Assembly: GCF_006345805.1 (NCBI RefSeq)
Contig: NC_043011.1
Coordinates: 37,708,464-37,772,463 of the forward strand
Length of the DNA: 64,000 nt
Reading direction: 5' to 3'
From: Octopus sinensis
Taxonomy: Eukaryota
The notes under the pieces are model-generated. The model was not told the DNA's origin and did not search any database. It saw nothing but the letters and a program-made list of their open reading frames with translations. The translations under genes and the position numbers were made by a program. Shown here in pieces: positions 54,720 to 64,000 of this stretch. Numbering within the stretch: the first letter of the stretch is position 1; each line of letters starts with the position of its first letter.

Positions 54720-55392
54720 ACGTAATGTAACTGGCATGATAAAATTGGCATTCTATCGGTTACGACGATGAGGGTTCTAATTCATCACTGGAACAGCCTG
54801 CTCGGGAAATTAATGAGCAATTGGCTAAGCACTGAACAGAGACGCGTTATCGTAGTTAAGGGTCACAAAGAATGTGACAAAGCTGGCCCTTTCAAATACA
54901 GATATTACTCATTTTTGCCAGCTGAGTGGACTGGAGCAACGTGAAATAAAGTGTCTTACTCTTTTACTCTATTACTTGCTTCAGTCATTTGACTGCGGCC
55001 ATGGTGGAGCAACGCCCTTAGTCGAGCAAATCGACCACAGGACTTATTCTATCGGCCTCTTTTGCCAAACCGCTAAGTTACGGGGACATAAACACACCAG
55101 CATCGGTTATCAAGTGATGTTGGTGGGACAAACACAGACACAAACATATACACACACATACATATATATATATATACATATATACGACGGGCTTCTTTCA
55201 GTTTCCGTCTACCAAATCCACTTACAAGGCTTTGGTCGGCCCGAGGTTATAGTAGAAGACACTTGTGCAAGATGCCACGCAGTGGGACTGAAACAGAACC
55301 ATGTGGTTTGTAAGCGATCTACTTACTACACAGCCACTCCTGCGCTCCAGAACACAAACGCATCATCAAATACCCTAACCACTAAGCCACGC
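54720..55392 (-). mobile_element. CORE-like SINE interrupted by a full-length GGCGCAGGAGT SINE (54958-55345)
   Basis: The host halves GTGTTCTGGAGC and AAGACACTTTATTTCACGTTGCTCCAG rejoin into the CORE-like motif seen at 11095-11135. Confidence 0.82.
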
Positions 55393-55504
55393 AGGATAAT
55401 GAAATAAGAGATTAAGATATTAAACAGACGATCATAGTAGTAACAAGTTCTGGTGACCTTGATGATTACCATCGATTTTTGTCTGCATTAACGACCATCT
55501 CTAT

Positions 55505-55620
55505 TTCGTGAAATGAAGTGTTTTGCTCAGGAATACAACGCGTCCCCTGGTCCAGTAATTGAAACCACAATATTACGATCATGATGCTGACACCCTAACC
55601 AGCCAGCCACGCGCCTCCAC
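55505..55620 (-). mobile_element. tRNA head plus CORE-like start of a SINE
   Basis: GTGGAGGCGCGTGGCTGG...GGTTAGGGTG...CTGAGCAAAACACTTCATTTCACG. Confidence 0.75.
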
Positions 55621-55714
55621 TATATATATATATATGTATATATTCATACACATATATATACATATATAAATATATATATATATATATATACATATATACA
55701 TACATACATATATG

Positions 55715-55752
<38 letters not shown>

Positions 55753-55796
55753 CATATATGTATATAGATAGATAGATAGATAGATACATACATACA

Positions 55797-55828
<32 letters not shown>

Positions 55829-56272
55829 CCTGTATGCATGTGCAATATGCATTTTAAAGAAAATCGTACGGACATCTCTCATATATTTATGCAAATATGA
55901 GAGGAAAATTATTTAAATAAAACTATAGCGATGTATGTTTGTTGTTGATGGTATTGTCATCGCTGTTGGTGTTCTTATTTGTGTTACAACACTGTTTGTC
56001 GTACTTGTATGGAAGTCATTAGATAGTTAGCTTCAGAATTCGTTTTTCAGTGTTTGTGTTTATACAAAACATTGTTCAGAATGCATACTCTAAACGCTGC
56101 ATATTATTTTAAAATTTAATGTCGTTCGCTCGGTATGCATACAATTCTAGAATCACAACACGATGTTTCTTTGCAACATACACACATCATCGCTCACATA
56201 ATTACATGTGTATGTATGTATGTGCATATATATATATATATTTATATCCTATACACACACACGCATATATAT

Positions 56273-56306
<34 letters not shown>

Positions 56307-56548
56307 CACACAAATATATAACTGTGTGTTTCTAAGCCTGCCCCAATTTTTTTTAAAGTTCCTTTCAAAATTTTAGTTTGCATTGAAACATTTGTACAGC
56401 TGTCAGGTTCTTAGTGATTCGATTATAGATACAATTTTTTTCACTCTTCTCTCTTCAGAATTTCCTGGATAAAAATCGGGAATTACTAACCGTTATATAT
56501 ATACATATACATATATATGTGTGTATATATACATATATTATATATTAT

Positions 56549-56621
<73 letters not shown>

Positions 56622-56763
56622 GGTGTGTGTGTGTGTATGTATTTATGCATATGTATATATGTATATATATGTATGTATATATATATGTACATATATATAT
56701 ATATGTATCTCTGCCTCTTTCACTCTATCTCTCTCTCTCCTAAATATATATATATATATATAT

Positions 56764-56802
<39 letters not shown>

Positions 56803-58092
56803 CATGTTTGTATATAGCCATATGTATACGTTCATCTTTACAGGTTTGCATATATATAAATAGAAATATATCGGTATTCTATAACAAATGCACACAGGAA
56901 CTTGTACGTAGATGTAGTAGATATACCCTCATAAAAACTACTACATTCGTATACACACCCTTTTTACGCACATGTGTATCAAAATTATACACGGGTACGA
57001 AGGTTTTGTAAACAATAAACGAAATGCACTGTTTGTTTTGTTGTAAGTCCTTCTATAAATTTCCGTCAGATACAAGCTTTTAATGGCGTTCTGAAGACCA
57101 CTCACGCCCATATGATATCGCTGCTGTTGCTTATGATGTTGTTGGTGTTATTATTTCACTCAAACTCATTTCCATCTCAACAGTGACATAACCAAATATT
57201 TTCATACATTTCCAATAATAACAATCTGTGTAGAATATCATCATTTCATGTGCCGTTTATTTATTTTTTTCTCCTTTATGATCGGCAGAAAATAATGGAT
57301 GGGTTTGCTATACCTGGGTATAACAATTACCAGCGCAATTGCCGATCATTCGATGCAGGTATATCTGCAATCAGGCGTTTTAAATTTCTCTTGAATCATT
57401 CTGTCTCTCATCGTCTCCCTTGCTTCCCCCTCTCTCGCTCCATCTCTAACTCTCCCACCTCTCTCTCTCTCTATTTATCAATATCCCTATCTGTCTCTCT
57501 GTATATGTACGTTTGCTGATTTCTCTCACTTCTACTCGCTATCCTTTCTGTCTCCACCTATTTATTTCTGCTCTCACGTGTCTTTGTGAATCGGCGCGAA
57601 CTGCTCTGTGTGTTTCGCTTGCAGCGCTAAAGAAGTGCTGCCGCTAAAACAGGCTCAATGCCTAACTGGCCGTGTCAAATAATCTACACCCAAATAGCAG
57701 CACCCATTCATCTCATTCCAAAAATTTACTCTTTAGAATTAATCTAGACTTAAAAGAGAAGGTATTCGAATGAACTGAACATACAGGAACATATTTTACA
57801 ACGTTTGTTGATGCAAAGAGAACTAATATACACATCATTATATGCATCTATACAAGATCTGATTTTGATGATAGTCCTTCACGCAAAATAATTTTTTTAT
57901 ACCTATACCAGCAATGACATACATTTAGCCAGAACAACTTGGAGAAAGCAAAGAGGAGGAGTAGGGTATGAATCATACATAAGCATAAACAAAGGCAATA
58001 CATAACTTCAACGGGTATATATACAAATTTGTAGCACCCTATGCCTCTGAGACGTGCAAAAGGATAAAAGAATAAAAGAATTTGTATATATA

Positions 58093-58521
58093 TTACTTCC
58101 TTTACTCGTCCATTTGCTTCAGTCACCCTACGGTGGTCATTCTGGATCACAGCTTTAAAGTGTTTTTAGTTCAAGAAACCGACACCAAGAGTTATTCTTT
58201 GCAAGACTACTACTTATCCTATCCATTTCTCTTGCCGAACTGCTAAGTTACAGGGACATAGACACACAAACATCGGTTGTAGAGCAATGTCACGGAGAAA
58301 ACCGCAGACTCAAACATAAATACACACGCTACATATATATATATATATATATATATATCACGGGTTTCTTTCAGTTCCCGTCATTCAAATCCATTAACAA
58401 GTCCTTGGTCGACCCTCGGCTACAATAAAATGATACTTGCAAAAGGTGCCACGCAGCGGGATTGAACCCGGAACAATGTGGTTGGGAATCAACCTTTTTC
58501 TCTTAAAGCCACACATCCGCT
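58093..58521 (-). mobile_element. Diverged full-length GGCGCAGGAGT-family SINE
   Basis: Colinear with the reverse complement of 41370-41770. Confidence 0.82.
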
Positions 58522-60500
58522 TATATATATATATATATGGATAGATGGATGGATATACATATATACATATGTGTGTATGTGTGTATAACTTAGCCGTATA
58601 ATGCTATAATCAAAGCCTTGTCTTCTTGAAGCCCATCTGTTTATTCCAGTATTCTGTAAGTTTTATGAACACGTCATATTTGTGTGTCCTGTCCAGAGGA
58701 GCTGAAAGACAAAACGTGAAAAATATTTTTGCAGAATAATGACCTATCAAACTTAGATATTCGGAACACATCTCGTATCGTAGATTACTAACAGGTGTAA
58801 CAAAATTGTAATCATGACTCCAGACGTCAATATCTTATAAGCTCCATTTACGGGTTGAATATGTTTCTCAAGAGTGGAGGAGAGCCCCATTAATTTTACA
58901 CAAGACTTTGAATTTTTGAAAGAGGTAGCTCTTCTAAGAGCTACCTGTTTAAAAATAGAACCAATCATCTTGAAATGTTTTTCAAAAGTAGTATGGTGAC
59001 AGAGAAAGTGGAAAATGTTTGCTACAAACTTAGGTCACTAAAATGCAGTGACTTTCCACTGCCCCACTACCGTTTTATTATTTTTATATATTACTATGTA
59101 TTACATAAATTACATAATGTCATTTGGCGATGGATGCGTTGCGTAAAAAGCTATATCTGCGCAAATGCAAGTATGAAAATAAATGAGAATAATCAGGTTG
59201 AATACGAGAAAGTAATCATCTGACACGATGAGGCAATAATCATATATATATATATAGTATATGATCATAAAAAGCAAGAAGGATATCCAAGGTACTGTAG
59301 TACAATCGTTTCATGGTGCCTTTAACTTAAGTACCATATTAATCTGAATCTAAATTTTGCTGAACTTATCTATCTATATATATATATATGTATATATATA
59401 TGCATATATATATATATATATATATATAAGCATTCATTTCTTACAGGAAATCCTGGTTTTTCCTTTAGTCAGCAGATATGTAATCGAAGACCATTTTACT
59501 TTATTTCTTTTTATTTGCCTATTTTTGTTTTTTCACTGAGTTGATCTTGTACTCGGTCCAGACAAAGAGTATGCAGGAGACAATATTATGCAATGTCTAC
59601 TTCCTTTTCCGTTCATTTTGTTTATTTTTCTTTTCTGATACCACACTATGATTGGAAATGGTGTCGTTGCTATTTCTGAAAGCCTGAGCAATAACATAAG
59701 CTAACACATTGTCTGGTGGTTTATTCAAAAGATTTATGGTACTTTTGATGAGAATCTTTGCACCTAACAATATATATCTCTGCAGACATGTTTGTCTTGC
59801 ATAAAGTCAATTCTCATCCATTTTTGTTTTCCATCTTTTTTGTTATTATTTTTGTTATTTTTTCTTTCAGTTGTTGTCTTCTTTTTTTTTACAGCATTTC
59901 TATAGAATATGTCAGCTATTTACCGAGAGTTCCACAACTTTTACTATTCAACGATCAGATGGTTAAAGCAGATATATAGTAGATTTATCAGCAAAAACAT
60001 AGTTATAGTGTAATATGGAGAAGCAATAAAAACAGTTTAGTATATTCTACTAGTACGATTAATACTCTTACTTCTGCTACCAGTACTACCAGCATAAATG
60101 AAGCGTGTTTGTCTATGTTATTATTTTCGTATCCTTTGTACCAAGTGTGTATTTTATTTATATTTTATTCACAAATTTTATTAAACTGTTGGAACAGATT
60201 TTGTTCATAAGATTCATACGTAGCAGACACAGCATCCATACTGTCTTTAAACATGTGTATATATATTATATATATATATATATATATGTTTGTGTGTGTA
60301 TATATATATGTATATATATGCGTGTATATATATATATGTATATATATATGCATATATATATATATGAATATATATATATATATATGTATATATATGTATA
60401 TATATATATATATATATGTATACATATATATTTACGCTTACTTTAACATTTAGTCGAGTTCATACATCAATGTATAAACTCATATACAAGTCTTTTGAGC

Positions 60501-60543
<43 letters not shown>

Positions 60544-61559
60544 CATATATATATATACATACATATATATATGTGTAAATATTTATGTGTCTGTACGTGT
60601 ATATATATCTGTGTGTGTGCGTATGTGTGTGTGTGTTGTTTGCTGTGTGTAATATTAGAGGTACTTTCAATACTATTGAATATAGAACAGAGCACTCTAT
60701 AGATTATCATCAGGCTGTCTACTTCAAATAAAGTAGGGTGGTTACTACTGCACTGGGAAGTATTACCGCACTGAGGAGTATAAATGCACAGACGAAATTT
60801 AGATATAATAACATAAACACAAACTGCAGTGCAGTTTTATACCATTTCTGCACTACGCCCGTTTCCCCCGAATGTCAAAATATGCGTAGGTGAAATAAGC
60901 TGCACCTTGTGTTTAACATAACCCTCTCCTTATATACATATATGTGTGTATGCGTGCGTGCGAGTATGTATGTGTGTGTGCGTGCGTATATGTGTGTGCG
61001 TGTATTTATGTGTGTGTGTTTGTGTGTGTGTATGTTTGTGTGTGTGTGTGTGCATATATGCAGTGTATTAGTTGACTGCCAATGCGGAGCTTTGGTGTGG
61101 GAGATTTATCATTTCCTGATTGATGATAGCATACAATACTTTCGTATTTCCCGTGTGGGTATGCGAGTGCTTTTAATCGTTATAAGTTTATATTGTCAAA
61201 ATCACCAATCATTTACTGACTTAGGCTCCGACGTTCTTTCATATTTGGATTTTCTTGGATTTTATTTTATTCTAGGCTCAGTTGTGGGTACGTGGAAGGA
61301 AGTTTCCTTCCCAAACGTAGTTATTGCGTCTTGCTTCCTCTTCATTTTCTTAATTTTACTTCTTTTTTTCTTTTCACATCTTTACTTACATGTATGTAGG
61401 TCATTATTCAGTTTTATATCAAGATTTCTCGCCAATATAGAAAGAGCCGGTTTCTAACCTACTTCGAAGGCTCCTTCATGGGAATTTCAAAAACATCAGC
61501 AGGGTATTTTTGTATGTATGTATGTATGTATGTATGTATATAGTATGTATGTATGTATG

Positions 61560-61591
<32 letters not shown>

Positions 61592-61601
61592 TGAATGTGT
61601 T

Positions 61602-61641
<40 letters not shown>

Positions 61642-61839
61642 CAAAATGGGAAAATAACACAAAACATTCAATCGACGATACAAAAAACGCGAATGGGTCC
61701 TTCGAAGCCTCTAATCTTCAGTCAAGAACCGGATCATCCTCGAAATTTCGGCTGAGATTGAGATTGCTCCAATCTGGTCAGCCCAAGGAAAAACTAAGCT
61801 TTCTTGGAAAAAGGATCGAATGTGAACGTATGTTTGTAT

Positions 61840-61909
<70 letters not shown>

Positions 61910-61949
61910 TGTATGTATGTATGTATGTATGTATGTATGTATGTATGTG

Positions 61950-62118
61950 TACGACGGTCGTCTTCAGTTTCCGCCTTGTAAATACACTCAAGATTTCTGC
62001 TGATCAGGACATCCAGGAGTATTATAGAAGACACCTTCCAAAGTGCACGCAAGATGCTGGGCCCCGAATCGTGAAGTTGGAAAGGAAACTTCCTGCAACG
62101 TAGCCAAGCTTGCGCCTG
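61950..62118 (-). mobile_element. Diverged SINE 5' half
   Basis: ACGACGG...TCAGTTTCCG...TATAGAAGACAC...GCGCCT. Confidence 0.6.
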
Positions 62119-62720
62119 TAGTAACTAATGTTTACGGAATGAATCATCATTTTGATTCATTCATTTTATTGTTTAAACCAATATTCATTTTTTGTCCCAC
62201 GAGTTGCTATATTGATTTAATTATAAATTTCACTACTTACAAAATCCAATTAAGCCATCAATTCTACAAGTTTCATTTGGTGAATGTTATTCTTGTAATT
62301 CTCTTTCAACAACCTTGAGATTCACAGATTGTATTTACATACCAAATAAACATTTTAGACTAGAAGATTTTGTATATTACGTTATTTGAACAGGCAAACT
62401 TAATTTTTTATTCATTTCCATTTCTCCGTTTAATTTTTCTATTTAATGGTAATATGAGGAAGAAGGTCGATTAAAAGAAGAGTGGTTTAAAGTTCAGTTC
62501 CTCACCGAGGCACTTTGGCACCTGTTTCCTGTTATATTCCCGACAGGTCGACTAATATATATATATATATGATTCCTTATATTTTCTGTTCAGTACTTAC
62601 GGAATGAAAAAATATATCTTTCTACTTCTTCTACGATACATGTCAAAGCTTCAAAAACAAACTTATATTTGTTACACACAAACACACACACACATACATG
62701 TATATATGTATATATGTATG

Positions 62721-62800
<80 letters not shown>

Positions 62801-63174
62801 ATATAGATTGTAAATTGCTAACAGATAAAAAACATACTATTTCATAGTTTACACTTCTCGTTTCGAATATCAGCGTATGAGTTTCAACGTTTTTCTTATA
62901 AGACGGACAGGGGGAGTTGAATTTAATCCTGGGCAAGGTAAGATTCACTGATGACGATTAAGATGCTCTACATCAAAATCCGAAAGCATCGATTTGGCTA
63001 TATCCACCAGGGGCTTATCTCCCCTTGCCAGTCATTAAAACAGTGCTTTGTGGCTTTTGATTTGTTTAGACATTCATTTGTGGCAATACTGTTACTAATG
63101 AGTACTCTGTCACTTTAGTGACGTCTATTAATTTGCCTTTACGTTGTTACATTGCTAAGAAGCCAACCATGTTC

Positions 63175-63177
63175 TTA

Positions 63178-63246
<69 letters not shown>

Positions 63247-63333
63247 CTTCGTAACACATTTTAGGAAAAATACACTGGAATCTTTAGTCATCTGTCAAGT
63301 CAAAACAAGATATCAATTTTTCATGGGAATTAC

Positions 63334-63371
<38 letters not shown>

Positions 63372-63442
63372 TATTATTATTATATTATTATTATTATTAT
63401 TATCATCATCACCATCAACATTATTATTATTATTATCATTAG

Positions 63443-63495
<53 letters not shown>
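63175..63495. repeat. (TTA)n/(TCA)n tracts
   Basis: Read directly. Confidence 0.95.
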
Positions 63496-63497
<2 letters not shown>

Positions 63498-63599
63498 GTT
63501 TTCATGAGGCTTAAACAACATTAACCCCGTACTTTGTTGGCAAATACACTTTACCATTCAGGACTGTTACTGTATATCTCTCGTCGAGTGACTTAAAAC

Positions 63600-63830
63600 G
63601 AGTTGTTTTTCGCTATGCTACATCAATGAGTGTGTGAGGGCTACAGAACACATAGTGTTTGCGAGTGGAGAAAACTTTCATTAACATCCAGTGATTTTCT
63701 CACATTGAGGACGGGTAACCACCCAGAAATCATGGTCTGTGAGTATTACGTAAGGCTGGAGATGGAGATGAAAGCAATGACCTCCCTTGCAAACACTATA
63801 CCGACACAGACTGTATGTCGATAGCCAGCT
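63600..63830 (+). mobile_element. Possible very old RTE-like RT C-terminal remnant
   Basis: The broken peptide HIEDG.PP..IMVCE loosely resembles H..RMEDGR.P..I.YGE. Confidence 0.3.
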
Positions 63831-63912
63831 GGAAAAGATGATTTCCTGACTTAAACAACAGTAACATCGTCCTTTAAAAGACCGCCTCATTTTATTGGCA
63901 AGGAAACTTTAC

Positions 63913-63979
<67 letters not shown>

Positions 63980-64000
63980 TGTGTGTGTGTGTGTGTGTGT

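Noticed and set aside
57289-57358. Possible 70-nt plus-strand exon (pyrimidine tract-CAG, KIMDGFAIPGYNNYQRNCRSFDA, G|GTATAT)
   Set aside because: Splice-like signals of this quality arise by chance in 64 kb and I do not recognise the peptide. RNA-seq would be needed.
58923-58946. 11-bp perfect hairpin AGGTAGCTCTT-CT-AAGAGCTACCT
   Set aside because: No adjacent CTRR Helitron end and no second copy. Plausible by chance.
59642-59763. Possible 122-nt minus-strand exon (AKILIKSTINLLNKPPDNVLAYVIAQAFRNSNDTISNHSV)
   Set aside because: Weak acceptor, no recognisable family and no partner exons identified.
61441-61490. Minus-strand AUGAAGGA-GCCU...AGGU-UA-GAAAC-CG-GCU hammerhead-like string
   Set aside because: Core box, triplet and stem I all deviate from the consensus.

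Overview
This is AT-rich, microsatellite-dense eukaryotic DNA, most likely intergenic or intronic sequence from an octopod cephalopod (Octopus sp.). That assignment rests on tRNA-headed SINEs resembling the octopus OK/OR families as I recall them and is not database-checked. I can support no host gene, RNA gene or CRISPR array, and most ORFs in the track are artefacts of (TA)n, (CA)n and (TTA)n tracts. Everything recognisable is transposon-derived. It includes a decayed near-full-length Hsmar1-like mariner, five further mariner relics (two of them copies of one internally deleted family) and a Tc1-like relic. It also includes a 5'-truncated Penelope-like element with an inverted pseudo-LTR, a Tx1/L1-clade LINE, a CR1-clade LINE, RTE-like fragments and more than 25 SINE copies. 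The main unexpected signal is eight hammerhead-ribozyme-like motifs in about four Penelope-type terminal-repeat families, all reading into (TA)n tracts. These include an inverted pair with a non-canonical U3-A8 core and a pair of copies with compensatory changes in stem I. Second, both LINEs share their 3' tails with SINE families in the same window, suggesting two LINE-SINE partnerships. There are also several long palindromes and two unclassified microsatellite-embedded elements. Repeat boundaries are approximate to about 10-20 nt unless terminal motifs are quoted.
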